A DNA stretch of 64,000 nucleotides. Origin: an uncultured Ignavibacteriaceae bacterium. GTDB lineage: Bacteria > Bacteroidota > Ignavibacteria > Ignavibacteriales > Ignavibacteriaceae. The position numbers and the translations under genes were made by a program. Under the pieces are notes generated by a model, which searched no databases, had not been told where the DNA came from, and saw only the letters and a program-made list of their open reading frames with translations. Location of the stretch: the NCBI GenBank assembly GCA_964393605.1, contig CAYMUL010000018.1, positions 1,819 to 65,818 on the forward strand. Reading direction: 5' to 3'. Shown piece by piece: positions 1-9,482 of this stretch. Positions within the stretch are counted from its first letter, which is position 1. Every line of letters starts with the position of its first letter.

Positions 1-1
1 A

Positions 2-1261
2 AATATTCTTAAGCCAATCGATCTTGAAGATGAAACTCTTGAATATTACGGCGTTGATGATGTTGACAAATTCAGTTGGAAGCAGATGCTCGACGGTTAC
101 TCTTGCACCGAATGTGGCAGATGTACCTCTGCTTGTCCTGCGGCGAATGCAGGAAAATCTTTATCGCCAAAAAAAATAATTACTGATATTCGCGAGCGAA
201 CAATTCAGCGCGGAAAATTAATTGAAGCGAACCAACTTGATTCGGGAGAGATGAAAAAAACTCTGGTACATAATCATATAACCGATCTTGAGCTTTGGGA
301 ATGCACGAGTTGCAACGCATGCGTTCAAGAATGTCCGGTAATGATTGAACATGTGAATGCAATCGTCGATATGCGGCGTCATCTCGTTTTAACGGAATCA
401 AACTTCCCGAATGAATTGAATAATGTTTTCAAAAGTCTCGAAGTGAACGGCACGCCGTGGGCATTTAATCAAGCGGATAGAGCCGCCTGGGCGGAAGGAA
501 TGGATATCAAAACTATGGCGGAAGATTCGAACTGCGAGCTGTTATTTTGGGTTGGATGCGCCGGCTCATTCGATAACCGATACAAAAAAGTTACGCAATC
601 TTTTGCGAAGCTAATGCAAAAAGCCGGTGTTGATTTCAGAATTTTAGGAACTGAAGAAATGTGCAACGGCGATACCGCGCGCCGTTTGGGAAATGAATAT
701 CTTGCACAACAAATGATGAAAACGAATGTTGAAACTCTCGAACGTTACAACGTTGTAAGAATTGTTACTGCTTGCCCCCATTGCTTCAATACATTCGATA
801 AAGAATATCCGCAATTCGGCGGACACTATGATGTAATTCATCATACCGAAATGATTGATGATCTTATCTCTTCGGGTAAAATAAAATTGAAAGATGTTCC
901 TTCGAAAGAAACATTCACCTATCACGATTCATGCTATCTCGGAAGATATAATGAAATTTATGACGAACCGCGAAATTCAATCTCTAAAATTAAAGGTGCG
1001 AACCTTGTTGAGATGGAAAGAAATAAATCGAAAGGATTTTGCTGCGGAGCAGGAGGCGGAAGAATGTTTCTTGAGGATGTTGAGGGTGAAAGAATTAATT
1101 CCATCCGTGCGGAAGAAGCAATTGCAACGAATGCCGATACAATCGGAACTGCTTGCCCGTTCTGTATGACAATGATGAACGACGGCGTGAAAGCGCACAA
1201 CAAACATGAACTTGTAAAAGTAAAAGATATTGCCGAAATTATTTTAGAAAATTCCAATTAA
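2..1261 (+). CDS. (Fe-S)-binding oxidoreductase subunit, HdrD/GlpC/LutA-like (two 4Fe-4S motifs plus CCG cysteine-rich domains); 5' end cut by the window edge
   Basis: The frame is open from nt 2 with no stop before the first Met at 86, so the gene continues upstream. Two ferredoxin motifs are present: CTECGRCTSACP and CTSCNACVQECP. CCG-type Cys clusters follow: WVGCAGSF, ACPHCFNTF, HDSCYLGR, FCCGAGGG, ACPFCMTMM. Confidence 0.8.
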   Translation, partial: NILKPIDLEDETLEYYGVDDVDKFSWKQMLDGYSCTECGRCTSACPAANAGKSLSPKKIITDIRERTIQRGKLIEANQLDSGEMKKTLVHNHITDLELWECTSCNACVQECPVMIEHVNAIVDMRRHLVLTESNFPNELNNVFKSLEVNGTPWAFNQADRAAWAEGMDIKTMAEDSNCELLFWVGCAGSFDNRYKKVTQSFAKLMQKAGVDFRILGTEEMCNGDTARRLGNEYLAQQMMKTNVETLERYNVVRIVTACPHCFNTFDKEYPQFGGHYDVIHHTEMIDDLISSGKIKLKDVPSKETFTYHDSCYLGRYNEIYDEPRNSISKIKGANLVEMERNKSKGFCCGAGGGRMFLEDVEGERINSIRAEEAIATNADTIGTACPFCMTMMNDGVKAHNKHELVKVKDIAEIILENSN

Positions 1262-1290
1262 CTATTCACTAACAAACATAGGAGGTCTCA

Positions 1291-1482
1291 ATGGAAAAAT
1301 TTAATCAATTGGTTCAACACGTTCAATCTTTGGAAGGCGATTTCCAAAAATTTTACGAGCGAGGTCAAGCTGCCGCAGGAACCAGATTGCGCAAAGGTCT
1401 TAGCGAGTTAAAAAAACTTGCTCAAGATGTTCGCAATGATGTACAAGCTGTAAAGCAAAATCGTAAAGGTTCTGCAAGCTAA
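1291..1482 (+). CDS. small basic histone H1-like (Hc1-type) DNA-binding protein
   Basis: 63-aa Lys/Arg-rich ORF with AGGAGG (1280-1285) 5 nt upstream of the ATG. The core AAGTRLRKGLSELKKLAQDVR matches my recollection of the conserved KAAGxRxRK..L.KL core of Bacteroidota 'histone H1' proteins. A strong terminator follows. Confidence 0.6.
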   Translation: MEKFNQLVQHVQSLEGDFQKFYERGQAAAGTRLRKGLSELKKLAQDVRNDVQAVKQNRKGSAS

Positions 1483-1500
1483 TTTCTATTGAATCGATTG

Positions 1501-1535
1501 AAGGACTGATCTGAAATGGTCAGTCCTTTTTTTTT
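1501..1535 (+). terminator. intrinsic terminator after the Hc1-like gene
   Basis: Stem aggactga (1502-1509) pairs with tcagtcct (1520-1527). The loop is 10 nt and an 8-T run follows (1528-1535). The next ATG comes immediately after. Confidence 0.75.
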
Positions 1536-2678
1536 ATGCGAAAAGTTTTTTTTCTTCTCTATCTATCGTTTCTGTTTTTCTTCAACGGTGCGCAAAATAA
1601 TTTTAGAATTACTCCGGCTTGCGACTCACTGCAACTTGTTACGCTTGCTTTTGTCGGTGACCTGATGTGTCATTCTACTCAGTTCAATTATGCAAAAGTT
1701 GGCCAAGATAGTTTTGATTTCAATCCTCACTTTGAATTTGTAAAAGATTATTTAAGCCGGGCAGATTATACTTTCGGAAATCTTGAAACAGTTTTCGGTG
1801 GAAGAGAATTGGGTTATATCGGATATCCGAATTTTAATTCTCCCGATGATTACGCTTCCGCAATTAAAAATACCGGTTTCGATTTTTTATTTACTTCGAG
1901 TAATCATTCACTCGATCAAGGGGAACGCGGTGTTATCAGCACCTTGAAAATATTGGATGAACTGAGATTTACTCATGCGGGAACTTATTCTTCTTTTGCG
2001 GCAGGAGATTCGTTAACAAAACTCAATATTGGTGGAATAGAAATTTCAACTCTTTCCTACACTTATGGAACGAACGGAAAAAATATTCCGAAAGGGAAAG
2101 AATATTTGGTGAATTTAATTTCTCTCGAGAAATTGAAAGAAGATATAGCGAAGGCAAAGCAAAATAAAAATTCTTTAATTCTAATCTATTTTCATTTTGG
2201 AGAAGAATATCAGCGCACGCCGAACGAGTATCAAAAACGAATTGTGGATAGCGCATTCTCTTTTGGTGCAGATATAATTATTGGAAGTCATCCGCACGTT
2301 CTTCAAAAATGTGAATTCAAAAAACTTTCTAATTCGAAATTCGACACAGGATTCGTTGCATATTCGTTGGGGAATTTTTTTTCCAATCAGCAGTGGAGAT
2401 ATTCAAATATCGGTGGAATTCTTTTCATTCAAATTGAAAAAAATATTACGAAAAATTTGTCAAGAATTTCTTCTTCAAATTTTCTTCCCGCGTACGTTTT
2501 CAGAGGCATCATCAATCAACAAAAAACTTACAGAATAATTCCTCTTTTCGAAAATGAAGACTTGAAATCGAAATATAATTTTCTTTCCGCAGAAGACATT
2601 CGTTTGATGAATGAGGCACTCGACGACACGAAAAAAATAATTAACATTCCTCTTTATCAACCCGAAATTTCTCGCTAA
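1536..2678 (+). CDS. CapA/PGA_cap family protein (poly-gamma-glutamate capsule synthesis-like metallophosphoesterase fold), secreted
   Basis: N-terminal signal peptide. CapA-type motifs: LAFVGDLMCH, GNLETV, SNHSLDQG, GSHPHVLQ. Confidence 0.7.
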   Translation: MRKVFFLLYLSFLFFFNGAQNNFRITPACDSLQLVTLAFVGDLMCHSTQFNYAKVGQDSFDFNPHFEFVKDYLSRADYTFGNLETVFGGRELGYIGYPNFNSPDDYASAIKNTGFDFLFTSSNHSLDQGERGVISTLKILDELRFTHAGTYSSFAAGDSLTKLNIGGIEISTLSYTYGTNGKNIPKGKEYLVNLISLEKLKEDIAKAKQNKNSLILIYFHFGEEYQRTPNEYQKRIVDSAFSFGADIIIGSHPHVLQKCEFKKLSNSKFDTGFVAYSLGNFFSNQQWRYSNIGGILFIQIEKNITKNLSRISSSNFLPAYVFRGIINQQKTYRIIPLFENEDLKSKYNFLSAEDIRLMNEALDDTKKIINIPLYQPEISR

Positions 2679-2707
2679 GCAAACCGAATTCAACTCCCCA
2701 GAGTTGT

Positions 2708-2715
2708 TATATTTG
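2708..2715 (+). promoter_or_regulatory. candidate Bacteroidota-type -7 promoter box TATATTTG (TAnnTTTG)
   Basis: Exact TAnnTTTG match with 31 nt between the box and the TTG start at 2747. The same 8-mer at the same spacing precedes pcd. No convincing -33 TTTG is present. Confidence 0.3.
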
Positions 2716-2746
2716 TACTCCAAATTTCATTCTATAAGGAAAAATA

Positions 2747-3772
2747 TTGAGTCAGACTATAACATTAATTAAAGGGGATGGTATTGGTCCCGAAATAACC
2801 GAAGCCGCAGTAAAAGTTGTTGAACACACCGGCGTGAAAATCGATTGGGACATTCAAGAAGCCGGAATGACCGCACTGGATAAATATCGCGATCCGCTTC
2901 CGCAAGAAGTATTAGATTCTATCAATAAAAATAAAATTGCTTTGAAGGGTCCGCTCACAACGCCTGTTGGAAAAGGTTTTCGAAGCGTCAACGTTGCGCT
3001 TAGAAAAGAATTTGATCTTTATGTGAACCAACGCCCCGCAAAAACTTTTAAAGGAATTAAATCTCTTTACTTCGATCATATCGATATGATAATCTTTCGG
3101 GAGAACACGGAAGAATTTTATTCCGGCATCGAGCATTATATCGATTCGAGCCGCTCTGCCGCAGAGACAATTGGCATCATAACAAAGCGCGGTTCGGAAA
3201 GAATTATTCGTTACGCACTCGATTACGCGGTTGCGCATAAACGAAAAAAAATTACCGTAGTTCACAAAGCAAATATCTTAAAATATACAGGCGGTTTATT
3301 CCTTGATGTCGCAAAAGAAATTGCAAAAGAATATCCCACGCTCGAAGTAACTGATAAAATTGTTGACAACATGGCGATGCAAATGGTGATGAATCCTTAC
3401 CAATTTGATGTAATTGTTACGACAAATTTATTCGGCGATATTCTTTCCGATCTTGCAAGCGGATTGGTTGGAGGGCTTGGACTCGCGCCCGGTTCAAACA
3501 TCGGAAACGGAATTGCAATTTTCGAAGCTGTGCATGGAAGCGCTCCCGATATTGCCGGACAAAATATTGCGAACCCATGTGCGGTTATTCTTGCCTGCGT
3601 CATGATGCTGGACTATATGAAAGAACCCGCCGCCGCTAAGTTGATTGAAACTGCAGTCGCTAATCTCATCGAAAGAGGGGAGAATGTTACTAAAGATATT
3701 AATTCTACAAACTTCGTCGGCACTGCGGAAATGGCTGATGCGATAATTAGAGAGATGGATAAAATCGGATGA
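2747..3772 (+). CDS. NAD-dependent isocitrate dehydrogenase / isopropylmalate-dehydrogenase-family beta-decarboxylating dehydrogenase
   Basis: TTG start. Motifs [24 protein letters not shown] and [27 protein letters not shown]. The 341-aa length fits NAD-IDH-like enzymes. The exact substrate cannot be resolved by eye. Confidence 0.75.
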   Translation: MSQTITLIKGDGIGPEITEAAVKVVEHTGVKIDWDIQEAGMTALDKYRDPLPQEVLDSINKNKIALKGPLTTPVGKGFRSVNVALRKEFDLYVNQRPAKTFKGIKSLYFDHIDMIIFRENTEEFYSGIEHYIDSSRSAAETIGIITKRGSERIIRYALDYAVAHKRKKITVVHKANILKYTGGLFLDVAKEIAKEYPTLEVTDKIVDNMAMQMVMNPYQFDVIVTTNLFGDILSDLASGLVGGLGLAPGSNIGNGIAIFEAVHGSAPDIAGQNIANPCAVILACVMMLDYMKEPAAAKLIETAVANLIERGENVTKDINSTNFVGTAEMADAIIREMDKIG

Positions 3773-4974
3773 GGAGTAAATCTCCACTTGCAATGATTTT
3801 TATCGTTGTGTTCATTGATCTTCTCGGCTTCGGAATTTTGATTCCGATACTTCCAACATTCGCTGTAAAAGAAATCGGAATGGGAGAAGCGGCAATCGGT
3901 TTGATAATTGCCGCATATTCTCTTACTCAATTTATTTTTACTCCGCTAATCGGAAGTTATTCGGATAAATATGGAAGACGACAAATCATACTCGTTACAT
4001 TATTATTGAATGCGATAGGATACATCATTTTTGCTTATGCACATTCATTCGTTATGTTATTAATTTCCAGAGTTGTTGCCGGCGTTGGCGGTAGCAGCAT
4101 CGGCGTTGCGCAAGCGTATATTGCAGACGTTACAACACGTGAAGAAAGATCAAAAGGAATGGGTATGATCGGTGTTGCGTTTGGTCTCGGATTTGTATTC
4201 GGTCCGCTCATCGGCGGTTGGCTCGCCGGTTTTGGTTACTTCATAACGGGAATGAGTTCAGCCGCATTTTCATTGGGCGCACTGTTACTCAGTTATTTTT
4301 TACTTGCAGAATCTCTCCCCCACGAAAAAAGAAACTTAGATTCATCGAGAAAATTATTCAATGTTTCTGGATTCAAAAATATCATCTCCACTCCTGTTAC
4401 AGGCGTTGTCATTATTCTATTTTTTTTGGTAATATTTTCTGTCGCTAATATTTACGGAACGTTTGCGCTTCTCTGCAATCAACAATATAATTTAACGGAT
4501 TTGGATGTCGGATATCTTTTCGCAATTCTCGGAACGGTTTCGGTTGTTATTCAAGGTTTGTTCATCGGAAAACTTGCAAAACGGTTCAATGATATTCAAC
4601 TCATTGCAGGCGGATCATTTTTTTTAACACTCGGCTTAGGGTTGATGCCCTATGGCAGTAGCTTCACCGGATTGATCATAATTTGTGTAATACTTTCTTT
4701 TGGAACCGGTTCTTTGCAACCAACTTTATTAAGTTTGATTTCAAAAGTTACTTCCGAAAAAGAACAGGGAACAGTACTCGGTGTAAATCAGTCTCTCTCT
4801 TCTTTCGGCAGAATGTTAGGTCCTCTTTGGGGAGGATTTGCTTTCGAATATCTCGGTTATGAAATTCCTTTTATAACCGGAGCTTTGTTTGCGGCATTCA
4901 TTTTCATTTTCAGTTTGACGTATATGCATAAATTTCTTTCGGTCGAAAAATTGGAAATTGCGCAAGATGTTTAG
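3769..4974 (+). CDS. MFS transporter (DHA1/Tet-like)
   Basis: About 12 hydrophobic helices. MFS motif-A-like GSYSDKYGRRQIIL lies after TM2. The start overlaps the upstream stop (ATGA). Confidence 0.8.
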   Translation: MRSKSPLAMIFIVVFIDLLGFGILIPILPTFAVKEIGMGEAAIGLIIAAYSLTQFIFTPLIGSYSDKYGRRQIILVTLLLNAIGYIIFAYAHSFVMLLISRVVAGVGGSSIGVAQAYIADVTTREERSKGMGMIGVAFGLGFVFGPLIGGWLAGFGYFITGMSSAAFSLGALLLSYFLLAESLPHEKRNLDSSRKLFNVSGFKNIISTPVTGVVIILFFLVIFSVANIYGTFALLCNQQYNLTDLDVGYLFAILGTVSVVIQGLFIGKLAKRFNDIQLIAGGSFFLTLGLGLMPYGSSFTGLIIICVILSFGTGSLQPTLLSLISKVTSEKEQGTVLGVNQSLSSFGRMLGPLWGGFAFEYLGYEIPFITGALFAAFIFIFSLTYMHKFLSVEKLEIAQDV

Positions 4975-5953
4975 CGTCGGAAAGATTAATATTGATAAAG
5001 CTATTTTGCTCGCGCCGATGGAAAGTATTACGGATGTTTCTTTTCGATTGATTTGCAAAAATCTTGGTGCCGATATTGTGTACACAGAATTCGTAAATGC
5101 GGAAGGACTTGTACGCGCTTCTGAAAAAACTCACAAGAAAATGAAAATTGTAGAAAGCGAAAGACCGATTGGCATTCAGATTTACGGCTCGAATAATGAA
5201 TCGATGGGCAAAGCCGCATTGATGGCGGAGGAACTTCAACCTGAAATCATTGACATTAACGCGGGGTGCTGGGTTCGCAACGTTGTTGGTTGCGGCGCCG
5301 GTGCAGGTTTGTTAAAAGATCCTGCCGGAATGCAGAATATGGCAAAAAAAGTTGTCGATGCAGTCTCTATTCCTGTTACTGTAAAAACAAGAATCGGTTG
5401 GGATTCAAAAGATATTAACATTGTTGAAATCGCAAAGCGACTTGAAGATGTTGGCGTAAAAGCAATTACAATTCATTGCCGAACTCGCGCACAAGGGCAC
5501 AGCGGTGAAGTTGATTATTCATGGATTCCAAAAGTGAAAAGCATTGTTTCAATTCCTGTTGTTGTCAACGGCGGCATTTTCAGTGCGGAAGACGCAATAA
5601 AAGTTTTTGAAGATACAGGCGCAGATGGAGTGATGATTGCACGCGGTGCAATAGGTAATCCATGGATATTCAGGGAAATAAAAAATTTATTCGAAAATAA
5701 AATCAATCCGGAAATTTCGGTAAAAGAAAAAATTGAAACTTGTCTTGAGCATCTTCGTCTCGCTATTGAAAATAAAGGGGAACGACGCGGTACAATAGAG
5801 CATCGAAAGTTTTATTCCGGCTACTTAAAAGGGTTGCGAAACTCTTCACGCATTCGGGCAGAACTAATGAATAAAACTTCATACAGCGAAGTTGAAAATA
5901 TCTTGCAACACTTTGCCGAAACTTATTCGCAAGAAGAAAAAATATTTGTCTGA
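4958..5953 (+). CDS. dusB: tRNA-dihydrouridine synthase
   Basis: Dus-family motifs: LAPMESITDVSFRLICKNLGADIVYTEFV, TVKTRIGWD, IHCRTRAQ, ARGAIGNPWIF. The true start may be the ATG at 4967. Confidence 0.85.
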   Translation: MRKMFSVGKINIDKAILLAPMESITDVSFRLICKNLGADIVYTEFVNAEGLVRASEKTHKKMKIVESERPIGIQIYGSNNESMGKAALMAEELQPEIIDINAGCWVRNVVGCGAGAGLLKDPAGMQNMAKKVVDAVSIPVTVKTRIGWDSKDINIVEIAKRLEDVGVKAITIHCRTRAQGHSGEVDYSWIPKVKSIVSIPVVVNGGIFSAEDAIKVFEDTGADGVMIARGAIGNPWIFREIKNLFENKINPEISVKEKIETCLEHLRLAIENKGERRGTIEHRKFYSGYLKGLRNSSRIRAELMNKTSYSEVENILQHFAETYSQEEKIFV

Positions 5954-5954
5954 A

Positions 5955-6551
5955 GTGAAAAGAAAACAATTCGCACGATTCGTTTCTAATTTTTTCATTC
6001 CACCATTTTTCTTTTTGGTCTGTGTAATTTTTCTCGTCAGTAAATCAAACGATGTTGCTGAAATAAAAATTGTTGCCGTTATTTTATCGATCGTAATCGG
6101 AGCAGTATTACCAATTTGGTTTGTGCTTCGTTCGATAAAACGAAAAACCATTTCGAATATCGATGCAGAAAAAAAAGAAGAGAGAAATAAACCTTATTTG
6201 ATGGGGATCGGATTATTCTTTTCCGGTTTTTTAATTGCAAAAATCTTTCACCTCCCAAATGAATTGCAGCTGTTCTATCTTTTGTTTGTTGTGAATTTGA
6301 TTCTCATATCAATCATAAACAAGTTTTGGAAAATCAGCGCACATTCACAAGGAGCCGCAATTTCATTGGGGCTAACGTTGTTTTATGAATCAAACTATTT
6401 CTACTTTCTTTTGCCGATTGTGTTGATCGTGATGTGGTCTCGATACGAATTGAAAGTGCACACAGTTTTACAAATAATTGCAGGTTTTTTATTGGGGATT
6501 TTTGCAACATACTTCACTGCGAAATATTTAAGTGAGTTTTTTTATGTTTGA
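5955..6551 (+). CDS. PAP2-like integral membrane protein (divergent)
   Basis: Five to six hydrophobic helices. KISAHSQG and SRYELKVHTVLQ resemble the PAP2 C2/C3 motifs (SxH; SRx5Hx3[D/Q]). The tracked ORF starts at 5892 but overlaps dusB by 62 nt. The GTG at 5955 sits directly after the dusB stop and is preferred. Confidence 0.45.
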   Translation: MKRKQFARFVSNFFIPPFFFLVCVIFLVSKSNDVAEIKIVAVILSIVIGAVLPIWFVLRSIKRKTISNIDAEKKEERNKPYLMGIGLFFSGFLIAKIFHLPNELQLFYLLFVVNLILISIINKFWKISAHSQGAAISLGLTLFYESNYFYFLLPIVLIVMWSRYELKVHTVLQIIAGFLLGIFATYFTAKYLSEFFYV

Positions 6552-8190
6552 TAAAAATCTTCTTATTTCAAAATTAGAATTGATTGCCGATATAATGGAC
6601 TTGAAAGGAGAAAACAAGTTCAAGGTTTCTGCGTTTAGAAATGGAGCGCTCACGCTTAAAAGATTGTCCGGCGATTTAACAGAAATGATTTTAAGTAAAG
6701 AAATTGAAAACGTAAAAGGAATCGGCAAAGGTTTGCTATCTGTTATTTATGAATATCATGACAAATCTACTTTTTCTCTTCTCGATGAATTGATGAAAGA
6801 TATTCCGAACACACTCCTCGAAATATTTCAGGTGAGGGGATTGGGTCCGAAGAAAATTGGTTTGTTGTTTAATGAATTAAAAATTTCTTCGCTCGAACAA
6901 CTTGAACTCGCTTGCAAAAACGGTGAAGTGGAAACTCTTCAAGGTTTTAGCAAGAAATTTGTTGAAACTATTCTTTCAGAAATTGAAAAAATAAAATATT
7001 ATCGTCAATTCATTTTGATACATGAAGCGGAGGCAATCGCACAGAAAGTTGAAGAATATTTTCGTCTTCACGATAATATCGATAAATTCAATCTCACCGG
7101 CGATTTACGCCGCAATGCTGAGGTTGTAAATACCGTAGAGTTTGTTTTGTTTTCAAAAAATATTTTTCAAATTGTTCAGCAAATTCAGAGTTCATTCAAT
7201 TCAGTCGAGCAAAAAGAAAATTTAATCATCATCAACAATTTTCAAGTTCCGGTAAAAATATTCTTCGCTGAAAATGAAACCGATTATATCAACTTACTTT
7301 TCGAAACGACCGGTTCGACAAATTTTCTCGAAAAAATAAATTACAATAAAATTGAGAATGTGAATTCGGAAGAAGAAATCTTTACAAAACTTTCTATCAA
7401 TTTTATTCTTCCCGAAAATAGAGAAGTAGAATTTTTAGATTCGAAGAAAAATAATTCATCCGATTTGAGTGTGGAGATTTTTAATGGTCTTCTGCATTTC
7501 CATACAACATATTCGGATGGCAAAAACACTCTTGAAGAGATGATTAAAAAGGGGAGAAGCATCGGTTACAAATATTTTGCTGTCTGCGATCATAGTAAAA
7601 TTGCCGCCTACGCCAACGGTTTGACCGAAGAAAGATTATTATTGCAAGCAAAAGAAATTAAAAATGTTTCGAAAAAAATTGGCGCAAAAATATTTCGTGG
7701 AAGTGAAGTTGATATTCTCGCAAACGGCGAACTTGATTTTTCAAACGATACACTTTCACAACTTGAATTTGTCGTGGCGTCGGTGCATAGTCGTTTTGAA
7801 TTGTCTAAAGACGAAATGACGCAACGAATCATAAAAGCCGTTGAGAATCCGAATGTCTGCGTTCTCGGTCATCCGACAGGAAGGTTGCTGCTTTCGCGCG
7901 AGGGCTATCAATGCGATATTAAAAAAATTATTGATGCATGTTTTGACAATAAAGTTGCAATCGAAATTAATGCAAACCCGCATCGTCTCGACTTGGATTG
8001 GCGAAATATTTTTTATGCACGTGAGAAAGGTTGTCTCTTTTCAATCAATGCCGATGCTCATTCTACTTCTGATATCGATCTTACAAAATATGGAATGTTG
8101 GTCGCTCGAAAAGGCGGCATCACTTCTTCCGAAGTAATTAATTGTTTTGATGAAAATATTTTCAATAAATTTCTTAAAGAAAAAAAATAA
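6532..8190 (+). CDS. polX: family X DNA polymerase-like protein with C-terminal PHP phosphoesterase domain (polymerase active site apparently degenerate)
   Basis: N-terminus LELIADIMDLKGENKFKVSAFRNGALTLKRL is PolX 8-kDa-like. HhH motifs GIGKGL and VRGLGPKKIGLL are present. PHP motifs: LHFHTTYSDG, VCDHS, GSEVDI, ASVHS, LGHPTGR, INADAHS. The likely start is MFDKN at 6544. Confidence 0.85.
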   Translation: MSFFMFDKNLLISKLELIADIMDLKGENKFKVSAFRNGALTLKRLSGDLTEMILSKEIENVKGIGKGLLSVIYEYHDKSTFSLLDELMKDIPNTLLEIFQVRGLGPKKIGLLFNELKISSLEQLELACKNGEVETLQGFSKKFVETILSEIEKIKYYRQFILIHEAEAIAQKVEEYFRLHDNIDKFNLTGDLRRNAEVVNTVEFVLFSKNIFQIVQQIQSSFNSVEQKENLIIINNFQVPVKIFFAENETDYINLLFETTGSTNFLEKINYNKIENVNSEEEIFTKLSINFILPENREVEFLDSKKNNSSDLSVEIFNGLLHFHTTYSDGKNTLEEMIKKGRSIGYKYFAVCDHSKIAAYANGLTEERLLLQAKEIKNVSKKIGAKIFRGSEVDILANGELDFSNDTLSQLEFVVASVHSRFELSKDEMTQRIIKAVENPNVCVLGHPTGRLLLSREGYQCDIKKIIDACFDNKVAIEINANPHRLDLDWRNIFYAREKGCLFSINADAHSTSDIDLTKYGMLVARKGGITSSEVINCFDENIFNKFLKEKK

Positions 8191-8196
8191 AATTGT

Positions 8197-8961
8197 ATGA
8201 GTTTGATTCAAACAGAAATAAAAAATAATGTCGCGATAATTCGATTAAACAGACCGGAAAAAAGAAATGCTCTTAGCCCGGATTTGATTTCTTCACTACT
8301 CGAAAAATTAAAATCCTTCGAAGCGGATGATAAAGTTAAGGTTGTAATCATTACCGGAAATGGAAAAGCATTTTGCGCCGGCGCTGACCTTGAATACTTA
8401 AATTTGCTTCGCGAAAATGACACCTCGGCAAACGAGAAAGATTCAGTTTTGCTATCCGATTTTTTCTTCGGTGTTTATAATTTTACAAAACCACTGATTG
8501 CCGCAGTCAACGGGCATGCGATTGCAGGCGGATGCGGGTTGGCGACTGCATGCGATTTTATTATCGCAAATCCTTCTGCAAAGTTTGGTTACACCGAAAC
8601 TAAAATTGGTTTTCTTCCGGCAATCGTTTCTTATATTTTGTTAAAAAGAATTAGCACGGCTAAAGCGAATCAACTTTTACTTACCGCAGAATTGATTTCT
8701 GCCGATGTTGCGTTAAGCATCGGATTGATTGACGAAATCCATGATGAGCCGATGAATAAAGCGTTTGAGATTGCCGAAATAATTTCACAAAATTCTTTGT
8801 GGTCGTTGATTCAAACAAAAAAAATGATAAAAGAAGTTTCGAGTATGAAAGAAGATTCCGCAAAAAATTATTTAAAGAACTTAAATGTCATTTCGCGAAC
8901 CTCACCCGATTTTAAAGCTGGATTAGAAAAATTTTTTAATTCGAAAGGAGATAAAGAATAA
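8197..8961 (+). CDS. enoyl-CoA hydratase/isomerase (crotonase) family protein
   Basis: Crotonase oxyanion-hole motifs ITGNGKAFCAGADL and AAVNGHAIAGGCGLA. Confidence 0.85.
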   Translation: MSLIQTEIKNNVAIIRLNRPEKRNALSPDLISSLLEKLKSFEADDKVKVVIITGNGKAFCAGADLEYLNLLRENDTSANEKDSVLLSDFFFGVYNFTKPLIAAVNGHAIAGGCGLATACDFIIANPSAKFGYTETKIGFLPAIVSYILLKRISTAKANQLLLTAELISADVALSIGLIDEIHDEPMNKAFEIAEIISQNSLWSLIQTKKMIKEVSSMKEDSAKNYLKNLNVISRTSPDFKAGLEKFFNSKGDKE

Positions 8962-9482
8962 TGGACTTAAAAAATGTAATTCGTTCCGTTCCCGATTTTC
9001 CCAAGCCGGGAATAAACTTCAAAGACATTACAACTCTTTTGAAAAATCCCGAAGCCGTCGAACAAACTTTGCAATCGTTATTAAAATTTGTTGATGGAAA
9101 AAGGATTGATAAAGTTGCGGCGATCGAATCACGCGGCTTTATTTTCGGTGCAATGATTGCCAATAAACTCGGCATCGGTTTCGTTCCTATTCGCAAGCCG
9201 AACAAACTACCTGCGGAAAAAGTTGCCGAAACTTATTCACTCGAATATGGAACTGATACTATCGAAATTCATAAGGATGCAATCAGCGCGGGCGAAAAAA
9301 TTTTATTGCACGATGATTTGCTCGCAACCGGCGGCACTGCCAAAGCCGCTTGCAATCTGATTGAAAAGCTCGGCGGAAAAATTGAGCAAGTATCTTTTAT
9401 TGTCGAGTTGAGTTTTTTGAACGGCAGAAATCTTTTAAATAATTTTGACGTGAGAAGTACTGTAAGTTACGACGCGGAGTAA
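8961..9482 (+). CDS. apt: adenine phosphoribosyltransferase
   Basis: 173 aa. Motifs FKDITTLL, IESRGFIFG and the PRPP-binding loop LLHDDLLATGGTA. TAATG overlap with the upstream gene. Confidence 0.9.
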   Translation: MDLKNVIRSVPDFPKPGINFKDITTLLKNPEAVEQTLQSLLKFVDGKRIDKVAAIESRGFIFGAMIANKLGIGFVPIRKPNKLPAEKVAETYSLEYGTDTIEIHKDAISAGEKILLHDDLLATGGTAKAACNLIEKLGGKIEQVSFIVELSFLNGRNLLNNFDVRSTVSYDAE

